Part shown: positions 27,692-37,625 of the stretch, piece after piece
How positions within the stretch are numbered: the stretch's first letter is position 1
How the letters are laid out: every line of letters starts with the position of its first letter
DNA from: Chitinophaga pinensis
GTDB taxonomy: Bacteria; Bacteroidota; Bacteroidia; UKL13-3
Length of the DNA: 64,000 nucleotides
NCBI GenBank assembly: GCA_945861965.1
Contig: CAMAWM010000008.1
Location: 6,353-70,352, forward strand
Reading direction: 5' to 3'
Position numbers and translations under genes: made by a program
The notes under the pieces: model-generated
Seen by the model: the letters and a program-made list of their open reading frames with translations, nothing else
What the model was told of the DNA's origin: nothing
The model's database searches: none

Positions 27692-30586
27692 CTAAACCAA
27701 TCCCAATTCTTTTTTCAAAAACCTTGCAGTATGGCTTTTCTTTTCCTTGCAAATTTCCTCTGGTGTTCCTTCGCATAAAATTTCTCCACCGTATTTTCCA
27801 CCTTCGGGTCCTAAATCAATTACGTGGTCTGCTACTTTTATCACATCCATATTGTGCTCAATTACCAAAACGGTATTTCCTTTGTCAACCAATTTTTGCA
27901 ACACATTCAACAGCACGCGCACATCTTCAAAATGCAAGCCCGTGGTGGGTTCGTCCAAAATATAAAAAGTATTTCCTGTATCGCGTTTGCTCAGTTCGGT
28001 TGCTAATTTTACGCGTTGCGCTTCGCCTCCACTCAAGGTTGTACTTTGTTGTCCAAGCGTTATGTAATCTAATCCCACATCGTGCAGGGTTTTAATTTTG
28101 CGTAAAATTTGGGGTGTGTTTTCAAAAAAATGTACCGCTTCTTCCACGCTCATATCCAGCACATCGTTTATCGATTTTCCTTTAAATCGAACTTCCAGCG
28201 TTTCGCGGTTGTAGCGTTTGCCGTTGCAGGTTTCGCACTTAACATACACATCGGGCAAAAAATTCATTTCGATGGTTCGCATTCCAGCGCCCTGACAAGT
28301 TTCGCAGCGCCCACCTTTTACATTAAATGAAAATCGCCCGGGCTTGTATCCTCTAATTTTTGCTTCGGGCAAACCCGAATACAAATTTCTAATTTCGGCA
28401 AAAACTTCGACATACGTTGCGGGATTGCTTCGCGGTGTTCGGCCAATTGGGCTTTGATCAATTTCAATTACTTTGTCAATATGTTCAAGCCCTTTAAAAT
28501 CTGCATAAGGCAAAGGTTTTTGATGAGAGCCATAAAAATGTTGACGAAGAATAGGATACAAAGTTTCGTTGATTAAAGTTGATTTTCCGCTTCCGCTTAC
28601 CCCGCTTACACAAATAAATTTAGCAAGTGGAAATTCGACTGAAACATTTTTTAAATTATTGCCGCTTGCGTTTTTCAAAACCAATTTTTTGCCGTTTCCT
28701 TTTCTTCTAATTTTTGGAACCTCAATTTCTTTTATCCCATTTAAATACTGCGCGGTTGACGAATTAGATTTTAAAATATCGGCCAATGTGCCTTCGGCAG
28801 CAATGTGCCCACCGTGAATTCCGGCACCAAATCCTAAGTCTAAAATATAATCGCTTTCGGCCATCATGTCTTTGTCGTGCTCCACCACAATTACACTATT
28901 GCCAACATCTCGCAATTCTTTCAGCGATTCAATCAAACGATGGTTATCGCGTTGGTGTAAACCAATGCTGGGCTCGTCTAAAATATACAACACGCCAACC
29001 AATTGCGAACCGATTTGTGTAGCCAAACGAATACGCTGTGCTTCACCACCACTCAGGGTTTTTGAAGGCGAATTCAAAGTGAGATAATCTATTCCAACAT
29101 TCAACAAGAATTTTATGCGATTGCGAATTTCTTTTAAAATTTCGGTTGCAATTTTCTGCTGTTTCTCATTCAAAAAACTTTCCGCTTTATCAAACCAAAT
29201 AGCAAGTTGATTGATTTCCATTTGCGCCAAGTCTGCGATATTTTTATCGCCAATTTTATAATGTAAAGATTCTTTTTTTAATCGTGTTCCGTTGCATTCG
29301 CTGCAGTTTTGAATTTGCATAAATTCTTCGGCCCAACGATAAATTGCATCGTAACTTTTTTCGTGATAATGCCGTGTGATTAGTGGAACAATTCCTTCCC
29401 ACTTCGAGTTCCAATTTTGTGCTTGTCCGCCATAGGTTGTTTCAACAGGAATGGATTCGTCAATTCCATACAATATTGCTTGCATTGCATCGGCAGAAAT
29501 TTTTTCGATGGGATCGGCAAAACTAAATTTATACATTTTTGACAAAGTGCGCAACTGCATAAAAGTCCAGTTTTCTCGGGCTTCGCCAAGCGGAACAATT
29601 GCACCTTTGTTGATGTTTGACTTTCTATCAGGAATAATTGCATTTTCGTCAATGCTGCTTGTAAGTCCCAAACCATCGCAAGCCGGACAAGCGCCATAAG
29701 GCGAGTTAAACGAAAACGAATTGGGTTGTGGCTCATCGTAACTGATTCCGCTTTTGGAGTCCATTAAAAATTTACTGAAATGAAAACTTTTATTCAAATC
29801 GTTATCCAACAAAACCAAAGTTCCTTTTCCCATTTTCAATGCGCTTTTAATACTTTCGGCAATTCTAAATCGCGCATCTTTTTTTGGTTCAATTCTATCA
29901 ATTAAGACTTCAATATCATGAATTTTATACCGATCCAATTGCATTTTAGGAACGATTTCTTTTAATTCTCCGTCAATGCGAACTTTTGTAAAACCTTGCT
30001 TTCTTATTTGCTGAAACAATTCGCGGTAATGTCCTTTTCGGCCTTTAATTATGGGAGCAAGAATTGAAATTTTTTTGTTTTCGAACTGCTGAATAATGGA
30101 AGAAATTATTTGCTCTTCAGAAAGTTTCAGCATTTTTTCGCCACTTACATAACTGTAAGCATCGGCTGCACGAGCAAAAAGCAAACGCAAAAAATCATAA
30201 ATCTCTGTAATGGTTCCAACCGTTGAACGAGGATTTTTATTGACTGTTTTTTGTTCAATGGAAATGACAGGCGAAAGCCCGTTTATTTTGTCAACGTCAG
30301 GCCTTTCCATATTGCCTATAAACTGTCGTGCATAGGCCGAAAAACTTTCCATGTATCTGCGTTGGCCTTCGGCAAATATGGTATCAAAAGCCAAAGATGA
30401 TTTTCCGCTTCCACTCAATCCAGTAATGGTTACCAATTTATTTCTTGGAATTTTTACATCAATGTTTTTTAAATTGTGTTCGCGCGCACCAAACACCTCA
30501 ATGAATTCTTCTTCAGTTTGAGATTCTTTTTTTGCTATATTTTCAGTTTGAGATTGCACGTATTTTTTGCTTCTATTAAATATCAA
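27692..30586 (-). CDS. uvrA: Excinuclease ABC subunit A
   Basis: Two ABC ATPase modules (GLSGSGKSSLAFDTI and GVSGSGKSTLINETL), zinc-finger cysteines and signature LSGGEAQR x2. TTG start with a roughly 30-aa N-terminal extension. It overlaps the upstream gene's stop codon. Confidence 0.9.
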   Translation of the reverse strand: MIFNRSKKYVQSQTENIAKKESQTEEEFIEVFGAREHNLKNIDVKIPRNKLVTITGLSGSGKSSLAFDTIFAEGQRRYMESFSAYARQFIGNMERPDVDKINGLSPVISIEQKTVNKNPRSTVGTITEIYDFLRLLFARAADAYSYVSGEKMLKLSEEQIISSIIQQFENKKISILAPIIKGRKGHYRELFQQIRKQGFTKVRIDGELKEIVPKMQLDRYKIHDIEVLIDRIEPKKDARFRIAESIKSALKMGKGTLVLLDNDLNKSFHFSKFLMDSKSGISYDEPQPNSFSFNSPYGACPACDGLGLTSSIDENAIIPDRKSNINKGAIVPLGEARENWTFMQLRTLSKMYKFSFADPIEKISADAMQAILYGIDESIPVETTYGGQAQNWNSKWEGIVPLITRHYHEKSYDAIYRWAEEFMQIQNCSECNGTRLKKESLHYKIGDKNIADLAQMEINQLAIWFDKAESFLNEKQQKIATEILKEIRNRIKFLLNVGIDYLTLNSPSKTLSGGEAQRIRLATQIGSQLVGVLYILDEPSIGLHQRDNHRLIESLKELRDVGNSVIVVEHDKDMMAESDYILDLGFGAGIHGGHIAAEGTLADILKSNSSTAQYLNGIKEIEVPKIRRKGNGKKLVLKNASGNNLKNVSVEFPLAKFICVSGVSGSGKSTLINETLYPILRQHFYGSHQKPLPYADFKGLEHIDKVIEIDQSPIGRTPRSNPATYVEVFAEIRNLYSGLPEAKIRGYKPGRFSFNVKGGRCETCQGAGMRTIEMNFLPDVYVKCETCNGKRYNRETLEVRFKGKSINDVLDMSVEEAVHFFENTPQILRKIKTLHDVGLDYITLGQQSTTLSGGEAQRVKLATELSKRDTGNTFYILDEPTTGLHFEDVRVLLNVLQKLVDKGNTVLVIEHNMDVIKVADHVIDLGPEGGKYGGEILCEGTPEEICKEKKSHTARFLKKELGLV

Positions 30587-31827
30587 TCGTTCATCAACAG
30601 CTTAAAATAAAAAAGAGGATTGCGAAGTTTGGCGCGCAAGTCTAAATCCTCGAACATGCAACTGATGGTTTCGCGAAGAGCTTTGTTTTTGTGCGCTTTG
30701 TTCACTACAAAATTAAAAAGCCACGGATATTTACACATTTTTTGCAGCGTGTGACTTAGCTTTAATTCGCTCCATTGTCTTGAGTAAAAAGAGTGGTCGT
30801 ACGCCAAATTAAATTCAGCATCAAAACGATTTTTTTTCAAACAATCTGCTATGTGATTTGCTGCCAACATTCCGCTATACATTGCATTTCCAATTCCTTC
30901 ACCGGTAAATGGATCAATTAAACTTGCAGCATCGCCAGTTAATAAAAAACCATTTCCGCTGATGGGTCTTTTTTTGCTTCCCAAGGGCAATCCCCAGCCA
31001 TTTATTTTTCCAACTAATTTAGCATTCTCAAAACGATGCTTGATGTTTTTATTATTAGCAATTGCGCGAAGCATATCGTCTTTCAAATTAATTTTCTTTT
31101 TGCTAACTGTTGCGCTTAACATGCCTGCGCCCACATTGGCTTGTCCGTTTGGCAAAGGAAAAATCCAAAAATATCCGGGAAGCAGTTCTTCAAGAAAATG
31201 CAATTCGATAAAATTTTGAGCATGCAATTCTGAAACGCCTTCGTAGTAAGCGCGAATTCCAGCACAATAATGTTGGTTTTCTTTTTTGTTGGGTGAAAGT
31301 TTTTTGGCAACAATCGAACGATCGCCTTCGGCTCCAATTATCAATTGCGAGTTGTGAATTGTGAATTGCGAGTTGTTTTTCTCGTAAATTATTTGAAAAT
31401 TTTTGCCTCCAGTTTTTATATCTAACACTTCTGCGCCTTCTATTATATTAGCATAGTTTTTATCCAACAATTGAAAAAGCGAATGATCAAAATCAACGCG
31501 TTTTGAAATAAATCCTGGTGCGTATTTTTCATTGCTCATGTCCGACTTAAATGGAATGTCAATTCCCTTTCCGTTTGGCGCAACAAATTTTACGCCCCAA
31601 CTATCCATATATTTTTGTTTGTCTGAATTGTAATTGTTCATCAATTTTTCATCCAATTGATTCATTACATAAACAACTTTGCCGCTTAGCGCATCACCAC
31701 AAACTTTGTCGCGCGGAAAAATTGCTTTGTCAAGTATGGTATGCGGAATTTTTAGTTTGGATAAAAACAACGATGTGCTACATCCTGAAGGCCCTGCACC
31801 AACTATTACAATATCGGTTTCTTTCAT
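30583..31827 (-). CDS. Geranylgeranyl reductase family FAD-dependent oxidoreductase
   Basis: DIVIVGAGPSGCSTSLFL (FAD dinucleotide-binding) and CGDALSG. The length and layout are typical of the GGR family. Confidence 0.7.
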   Translation of the reverse strand: MKETDIVIVGAGPSGCSTSLFLSKLKIPHTILDKAIFPRDKVCGDALSGKVVYVMNQLDEKLMNNYNSDKQKYMDSWGVKFVAPNGKGIDIPFKSDMSNEKYAPGFISKRVDFDHSLFQLLDKNYANIIEGAEVLDIKTGGKNFQIIYEKNNSQFTIHNSQLIIGAEGDRSIVAKKLSPNKKENQHYCAGIRAYYEGVSELHAQNFIELHFLEELLPGYFWIFPLPNGQANVGAGMLSATVSKKKINLKDDMLRAIANNKNIKHRFENAKLVGKINGWGLPLGSKKRPISGNGFLLTGDAASLIDPFTGEGIGNAMYSGMLAANHIADCLKKNRFDAEFNLAYDHSFYSRQWSELKLSHTLQKMCKYPWLFNFVVNKAHKNKALRETISCMFEDLDLRAKLRNPLFYFKLLMND

Positions 31828-31921
31828 TTTTTGCTTCGCAATAATAAAACGAAAAAAGTACTTTACTTCTCGCTGTTTTATTTTGAAGAGTTAAATAGTA
31901 TTTTTGAACAAAAAATTACAG

Positions 31922-32428
31922 ATGAAACAGGTAGGAATAATAATGGGAAGCGACAGTGATTTGGAGATAATGCAAGATGCTGCAAAAGTTTTGGATGAAT
32001 TTAATATTGATTACGAAATAACGGTTGTGTCGGCACATCGAACGCCACAACGCATGTTTGACTATGCCAAAAGTGCAAAAGAGCGCGGGCTAAAAGTTAT
32101 AATTGCTGGCGCAGGCGGTGCGGCACATTTGCCGGGAATGGTGGCTTCCATTACTACTTTGCCGGTAATTGGAGTTCCAGTAAAATTAAAAACGATGGAT
32201 GGTCTGGATTCGCTTTTGTCTATTGTTCAAATGCCAGGCGGTGTTCCGGTGGCTGCAGTTGCAATCAACAACGCAAAAAATGCAGCGATACTTGCTGCTC
32301 AAATTTTAGCATTAAGCAACGAAGAACTTTCGAATAAAATGCATGCATATAAAAATCAAATGCAACAAGATGTTGAAGAAAAAGCAAAGAAAATGGAACA
32401 AGGCCGAGGCAAAATCGGTTTCAAATAA
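31922..32428 (+). CDS. purE: N5-carboxyaminoimidazole ribonucleotide mutase
   Basis: [17 protein letters not shown]...VVSAHRTP...[17 protein letters not shown] are canonical PurE motifs. ATG at 31922 (track start 31904 is TTG). Confidence 0.9.
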   Translation: MKQVGIIMGSDSDLEIMQDAAKVLDEFNIDYEITVVSAHRTPQRMFDYAKSAKERGLKVIIAGAGGAAHLPGMVASITTLPVIGVPVKLKTMDGLDSLLSIVQMPGGVPVAAVAINNAKNAAILAAQILALSNEELSNKMHAYKNQMQQDVEEKAKKMEQGRGKIGFK

Positions 32429-32451
32429 AAACCTTAAAACGATACAAAAAC

Positions 32452-32484
32452 AAAAAAGCCAGACTATTCGTTCTGGCTTTTTTT
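32452..32484. terminator. Bidirectional rho-independent terminator between purE and the convergent T9SS-substrate gene
   Basis: AAAAAAGCCAGA-ctattcgt-TCTGGCTTTTTTT. The 6-bp stem is flanked by A-run and T-run. Confidence 0.55.
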
Positions 32485-32503
32485 ATGCAGTAAAAGTTGG
32501 TAA

Positions 32504-33196
32504 TTATTCTTTGTTGAATTTTTGAATTATCAATCCTTTTTCGGTGATTGATTGCAATACATACATTCCTGTTTGCAATGCATTCACATCAATTAAACCG
32601 TTTGTACTTTCTCCGCTTTGAATTTCGCGTCCCATCAAATCCAAAATGCTGTATTTGTTTTTAACAACGCCATCAATAAATAAAATATCCTTAACTGGAT
32701 TTGGGTACACTGAATATTCTTTGATGGATAGTTTTGGCAATCCAATTCCCGAGCCATCGTAATCTAAAATAACAGCAATTTTTTGGATGTCTTTGTTAAA
32801 TGCAAGCGAATCGCCAACAAGTCCGGCTAGAATAACTTTAAAAACTTTTTGCCCAAAAAAAGTTGTGTTGGCAACAGGATTTATTTTTATAAACTGTGTC
32901 ATTCTAAACCCTTTTAAATAAGGCGCAAAGGTGATGATTATTGGACTTGAAATTCTGTAGTGTTCGTTGTTTTTTGCAGTACTATCGCTAATGTAAACAG
33001 TAATACCGTATTCCTGATTGGTCGAATCGTTGTTGTCTTTCCAGCCATAATTATACAAACTGATTGGAATTGCAGCGTTGGTATCCAAAATGTTAAAATT
33101 GTCGTAAGTGGGATATTCAAAACCAATTCTAATTTGTGCTTTAGACAAAGTAGAAACGGCAATAAAAACGATTAAAAGAGTGTAAATTTTTTTCAT
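32504..33196 (-). CDS. Secreted protein with T9SS C-terminal sorting domain
   Basis: N-terminal signal peptide MKKIYTLLIVFIAVSTLSKAQ. The C-terminal about 80 aa (…YSVYPNPVKDILFI…LQTGMYVLQSITEKGLIIQKFNKE) matches the Por/T9SS type A sorting domain. Start trimmed to the ATG at 33194-33196. Confidence 0.7.
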   Translation of the reverse strand: MKKIYTLLIVFIAVSTLSKAQIRIGFEYPTYDNFNILDTNAAIPISLYNYGWKDNNDSTNQEYGITVYISDSTAKNNEHYRISSPIIITFAPYLKGFRMTQFIKINPVANTTFFGQKVFKVILAGLVGDSLAFNKDIQKIAVILDYDGSGIGLPKLSIKEYSVYPNPVKDILFIDGVVKNKYSILDLMGREIQSGESTNGLIDVNALQTGMYVLQSITEKGLIIQKFNKE

Positions 33197-33295
33197 AACA
33201 AATAATTTATAATGCGTGCAATAAATAGATTTTTTTTGATTTACAAGTATAGTCCTTTTATTGATTAAGGCAAATACCAAAAGGTTGCATCGATT

Positions 33296-34912
33296 TTACC
33301 TTATTCTTACTTTGTCGCCCGACTTCAATTCCGACAAGCTCGATTCGTTAATTCTTCGCAGCGTTGCAATATTTACATTGTATTTTCGTGCTATTGCAAA
33401 AAGCGTTTCGCCCTTTTCAACCACATGGTAAAACGATTCGCTTGCTGGTGTTTGCACTTCTATTATTTCTATTGTTTCGGTTTCTTTAATTGGCACTACA
33501 ATTAAATTTTCGCCCAGTTGAATCTCGTCCGAAACTTTATCGTTCAATGCTTTTAATTCAGACAAAGAAATGTTGTAAATTTTAGCAATTGAAAACAACG
33601 TTTCGCCTTGCCTTACCACATGATTTCCGGGCTGTGGCTGCGGCTCTTTGGTGTCTGCCGATGGTAGGTTTGGGTTTATAATAATTCTTTGCCCTACTTG
33701 AATAGTATTTTCCTGAATGTTGTTTAAATATTGCAACGCATCTACTCTCACATTGTATTTTTTGGCAATTCCATAAAGTGTTTCGCCTGCTTGTATGGTA
33801 TAAAAAAATGATAATTCGCTTTTCTTTTCTTCTGCAGTATCCAATTTGTTCGATGTGTTTTCGATTGCAGGCATTGTCGCAATATTTTTTTCCGGATTTT
33901 CATACACGCTGTCGTTTTCCAGCGCCTTATCTATTGATATTTCTTTAACGCTTTCAAGCATTAAAACTGCTTCGCGTAGTTTTAATCTTGTTTTGCGATT
34001 GAGGTTTAAAAAAAGCGTCTCGCCACTTCGTGGTTCTTGTCCTTCTTTGATGTTGTTTCTTTCGTAAAGCCGTCCCAATTTTATAGCAAAACGCTGTGAA
34101 ATGCTATGCATGTTGTCGGAGATTCCTACAACATAAAAATCTTGTTGTGCTTTGTTTTTTTTGTTTTTTAAATACACCGTATCTCCGGCTTGCAGTATTT
34201 CATTTTTTCCAAAATTGTTGTACTTGTATAGTTGATAAACTTTCAAATCGTAGTTCAATGCAATTTCGGCCAAACTTTGATGGGGTTTTGTTACAATAGC
34301 CGGCACTTCGTTTACGCTAATTTCCTTTCCGTAATTTTTAATATTATCAATTTTGGCTTCGTGTAAATCTTTGCTTTCCTCGTTGCTTATTTTTGTTTCG
34401 TCAAAGCGTTGAAGATTGTGGCGTTCGATAAATGCAATTAGCAATTCGGGGTATTGCGGATTGGTGGCATAGCCCGCTTTTTTCAATCCGTAAGCCCAAG
34501 CTTTGTAATCGTTGCTTTTCAAATCAAAAAGAAAAGCATAGCGCTGACCTTTGAGCAAAAACTCTGAATGGTCGCGGTAACTATCAATTACCGCATCGTA
34601 TTTTCTAAAACATTCTTGTGGCGCATCGTCATCCTCAGAAATGGTATCGCCTTTCCAAGTGTTTTTGCATTTTATTCCAAAATGATTTTTTGCTTCAGTG
34701 GCCAATCTGCTATTGCCGTTGCCGCTTTCTAATATTCCTTGCGCAATGGTGATGCTTGCCGGAATGCGGCTTCTAAACATTTCTTCAACTGCCAATGGCG
34801 AATATTTTTCGATGTATTGCTCGGCTGTCATTTGTGCTTTTGTGGCATCGTTTTGGGCATACACAAACAGCTGAACCAAGCTAAAAAAACCAAGTAAACT
34901 TTTCTTTATCAT
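33296..34912 (-). CDS. Peptidoglycan hydrolase: glucosaminidase (FlgJ/mannosyl-glycoprotein endo-beta-N-acetylglucosaminidase-like) domain plus three LysM repeats
   Basis: TIAQGILESGNGNSRLATEAKNHFGIKC is the glucosaminidase signature. Three blocks of (Y/H)xVxxGETL(F/Y)xIAxKY(N)V..L..(L)N are LysM repeats. Start trimmed to the ATG at 34910-34912 (signal peptide). Confidence 0.75.
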   Translation of the reverse strand: MIKKSLLGFFSLVQLFVYAQNDATKAQMTAEQYIEKYSPLAVEEMFRSRIPASITIAQGILESGNGNSRLATEAKNHFGIKCKNTWKGDTISEDDDAPQECFRKYDAVIDSYRDHSEFLLKGQRYAFLFDLKSNDYKAWAYGLKKAGYATNPQYPELLIAFIERHNLQRFDETKISNEESKDLHEAKIDNIKNYGKEISVNEVPAIVTKPHQSLAEIALNYDLKVYQLYKYNNFGKNEILQAGDTVYLKNKKNKAQQDFYVVGISDNMHSISQRFAIKLGRLYERNNIKEGQEPRSGETLFLNLNRKTRLKLREAVLMLESVKEISIDKALENDSVYENPEKNIATMPAIENTSNKLDTAEEKKSELSFFYTIQAGETLYGIAKKYNVRVDALQYLNNIQENTIQVGQRIIINPNLPSADTKEPQPQPGNHVVRQGETLFSIAKIYNISLSELKALNDKVSDEIQLGENLIVVPIKETETIEIIEVQTPASESFYHVVEKGETLFAIARKYNVNIATLRRINESSLSELKSGDKVRIR

Positions 34913-35207
34913 CCAACAGTATTTTCTGATTACAAAAGTAATTATAGCGGCATTCAGAAAAAAAAATTTAATGCAGATTGTGCCAACAATAAACAGAGCT
35001 TGTATAAAATTAAATACGATTTTTTTGGCTTTTGGAATTGAGAAAAACAAATGCTAAGATTTGCAGTGTGTCTCGTCCTGAAATAGGTTTACACAAAAAA
35101 GTGTAAAACATGGACAAAAAAAGCATTCAGTAATTAATTTCAACACACTAAGCAATGCTCATCATTTGTCATTGCCAAATCAAATCAATAATTGTTTCTT
35201 TGTTTCG

Positions 35208-36365
35208 ATGTCTAAAAAATTATTTGATACCAAAAAGGCCGAAGAAAAAGCAGTATTGGTATCTGCACTTACACCTATCATAAAACCAGATCAAGCGCAG
35301 GAATACATGGATGAATTGGCGTTTTTAACTTTAACTGCGGGCGCTGTTGTCAAAAAAACGTTTACGCAAAGAATGTCTTATCCAAATCCTCGAACCTATG
35401 TGGGGCAAGGAAAACTTGACGAAATTGCAGAATTTGTAAAACTGCAACAAATAGATTTGGTCATTTTTGATGATGAACTTTCGCCTTCACAAATTAGAAA
35501 CATAGAGCAAACCATACAATGCAAAATATTGGATCGAAGCAATTTGATACTTGATATTTTTGCAAAGCGTGCACGCTCGGCTCAGGCAAAATTGCAGGTA
35601 GAATTAGCGCAAGCTCAATATCTGTTGCCACGGCTTACGCGCATGTGGACGCATTTGAGCAAACACAAAGGCGGAATTGGAATGAAGGGCCCGGGCGAAA
35701 CGGAAATTGAAACTGATAGGCGTGTGCTGCGAAGTACCATTACAAAACTACAGCGCAGACTTGATGAAATAGATAAACAAGCAAGCACGCGAAGAAAAAA
35801 CCGTGACGAAAAAACGCGTGTAGCTTTGGTTGGATACACCAATGTGGGCAAATCAACCATTATGAATTTGTTGAGCAAAAGCGATGTGTTGGCCGAAAAT
35901 AAATTGTTTGCCACGCTTGATAGTACCGTTAGAAAAGTAGTGTTTGAAAATGTGCCTTTTTTGATAAGCGATACGGTTGGTTTTATTCGAAAACTTCCGC
36001 ATCAATTGGTCGAGTGTTTTAAGTCGACATTAGACGAAATTAGAGAATCGGATTTGCTGATACATGTCGTGGATATTAGCCACCCAAATTTTGAAGAGCA
36101 ATTGCATGTAGTAAACAGAACATTGCTTGAAATTGGTGCGGCTGATAAAAAAATGTTACTTGTTTTTAATAAAATAGACCAACTGAAAGAACCGCTTGAA
36201 CCCGATGATCCATTTGGAGAAAACACCGACCATCGTCCTTATATCGAGCGCTTAAAAAACACTTGGATGGCTAAAGAAAATTCGCCTGTTGTATTTATTT
36301 CGGCCGCTAAAAAAATGAATCTACAAGAGCTGAGAAGCAAACTTATTGAATGCATAAAAAAATAA
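35208..36365 (+). CDS. hflX: GTPase HflX
   Basis: VALVGYTNVGKSTIMNLL (G1), ATLDSTVR and DTVGFIRKLPHQLVE (HflX-specific) plus NKID. The N-terminal HflX domain is present. Confidence 0.85.
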   Translation: MSKKLFDTKKAEEKAVLVSALTPIIKPDQAQEYMDELAFLTLTAGAVVKKTFTQRMSYPNPRTYVGQGKLDEIAEFVKLQQIDLVIFDDELSPSQIRNIEQTIQCKILDRSNLILDIFAKRARSAQAKLQVELAQAQYLLPRLTRMWTHLSKHKGGIGMKGPGETEIETDRRVLRSTITKLQRRLDEIDKQASTRRKNRDEKTRVALVGYTNVGKSTIMNLLSKSDVLAENKLFATLDSTVRKVVFENVPFLISDTVGFIRKLPHQLVECFKSTLDEIRESDLLIHVVDISHPNFEEQLHVVNRTLLEIGAADKKMLLVFNKIDQLKEPLEPDDPFGENTDHRPYIERLKNTWMAKENSPVVFISAAKKMNLQELRSKLIECIKK

Positions 36366-36394
36366 ACCCAACCTATAAAAAATAAGTTGGGTTT
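36364..36394. terminator. Bidirectional terminator hairpin between hflX and the convergent Cys/Lys-rich gene
   Basis: AAACCCAAC (36364-36372) pairs with GTTGGGTTT (36386-36394) around a 13-nt A-rich loop. Confidence 0.5.
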
Positions 36395-36447
36395 AGTCTA
36401 TTAAAAACTTCGCAATTTTTTGCCGAGTGTTTTACTCAACAATTAAT

Positions 36448-36753
36448 TTATTTGGTTTCTTCTTTTTTAATTTCAGCTTTTGCTTCAGATTTTTTTTGGC
36501 AGCATGATTTTTTAGTTGCACATTTTTTATCGTCTTTTGTTGCTGCATCGCTACAAGCTTTTTCTTTTTTAGCAGCGCAACACGATTTCTTATCTTTTTG
36601 TGCAGGTTTGTCAATTGCATCGCCTGATACTACCGCATCTTTAACTACCAATTCGGTAGATGTGTTAGCAGCAGGTGCTGGTTGTGATTGACTTTGTGCG
36701 TTGCTTGCATAAGTGAATGCAGCGAAAGCTGCCAATACGAAAATTTTTTTCAT
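36448..36753 (-). CDS. Small secreted Lys/Cys-rich protein (101 aa precursor), function unknown
   Basis: Signal peptide MKKIFVLAAFAAFTYASNA. The mature part is highly Lys/Ala/Asp-rich and holds 7 Cys arranged as CC...C...C...CC. In-frame ATG. Confidence 0.55.
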   Translation of the reverse strand: MKKIFVLAAFAAFTYASNAQSQSQPAPAANTSTELVVKDAVVSGDAIDKPAQKDKKSCCAAKKEKACSDAATKDDKKCATKKSCCQKKSEAKAEIKKEETK

Positions 36754-36929
36754 GATGTTATTTTTTTTAAAGTGTTAATTTTTAATAAAGTGCGAATATA
36801 AAAGAAAATCAATACATATCTGCAAGTTTACATTTCGATTTTTTGCAATTAAATTAATTGCTGCTTAAGCTTCCAATTTGTTTAACCCGTAACAAAATTT
36901 AATTTGCAAAGGTTTAAAAACATTCAAAT

Positions 36930-37613
36930 TTGTCAGCCGGAAAATTATACATTGTCCCAACTCCCATCGGAAACCTTGAAGACATTACGCTTAGGGCAAT
37001 TCGGATTTTGGGCGAAGTGGATTTTATTTTAGCCGAAGACACCCGTCAAAGCATAAAACTGCTGAATCATTTTTCAATTGACAAAAAATTACAACCCTAC
37101 CACGCGCACAACGAGCATAAAATTTACAAAAACATTTTGGCTCAATTAGCAGCTGGAAAAATCATTGCTTTGGTTAGCGATGCCGGAACGCCTGCAATAA
37201 GCGATCCTGGTTTTTTATTGGTTCGCGAGTGTTTGAAAGAAAATATTAAAGTTGAATGTTTGCCTGGAGCAACCGCTTTTGTGCCTGCTTTGGTAAAAAG
37301 TGGTTTGCCTGCAGATAGTTTTTGTTTCGAAGGATTTTTGCCCGAAAAAAAAGGACGACAAACCGCCTTGAAAAAATTAAGCGAAGAAAAACGAACGATA
37401 ATTTTGTACGAATCGCCACATCGATTGATAAAAACTTTGCAACAATTGGCTGAATATTTTGGTGCTGAAAGGCAAGCAAGTGTTAGCCGCGAATTGAGTA
37501 AAATCTACGAAGAAACAGTGAATGCTTCCTTGGCAGAATTATTAGAATATTTTTCTTCCAAAACAATTAAAGGCGAATTTGTACTTGTTATTGCTGGCAA
37601 ATCGGACAAATAG
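36930..37613 (+). CDS. rsmI: 16S rRNA (cytidine1402-2'-O)-methyltransferase
   Basis: GKLYIVPTPIGNLEDITLRAIRIL...AEDTR is the RsmI/tetrapyrrole-methylase-like signature. TTG start at the top of the ORF. Confidence 0.85.
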   Translation: MSAGKLYIVPTPIGNLEDITLRAIRILGEVDFILAEDTRQSIKLLNHFSIDKKLQPYHAHNEHKIYKNILAQLAAGKIIALVSDAGTPAISDPGFLLVRECLKENIKVECLPGATAFVPALVKSGLPADSFCFEGFLPEKKGRQTALKKLSEEKRTIILYESPHRLIKTLQQLAEYFGAERQASVSRELSKIYEETVNASLAELLEYFSSKTIKGEFVLVIAGKSDK

Positions 37614-37625
37614 AGTAATTTGAAA

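Noticed and set aside
26454-27776. Track-extended 440-aa version of alanine dehydrogenase (and similar upstream extensions of 32504..33280 and 33296..35050)
   Set aside because: The extensions precede the canonical conserved N-termini (MIIGVPKEIK for Ald) or the signal peptides. They contain implausible sequence, and for ald they overlap the uvrA 3' end. Internal ATGs were chosen instead.
31344-31375. Short direct repeat AATTGCGAGTTG…AATTGCGAGTTG
   Set aside because: It lies inside the geranylgeranyl-reductase-family coding sequence and simply encodes a duplicated NSQ(F/L) peptide segment. It is not a regulatory or CRISPR-like repeat.
36432-36691. 62-aa and 79-aa ORFs overlapping the Cys/Lys-rich gene in other frames
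   Set aside because: They are artefacts of the A-rich (AAA/AAG) codon run. The frame with a signal peptide and ATG start is the coherent one.
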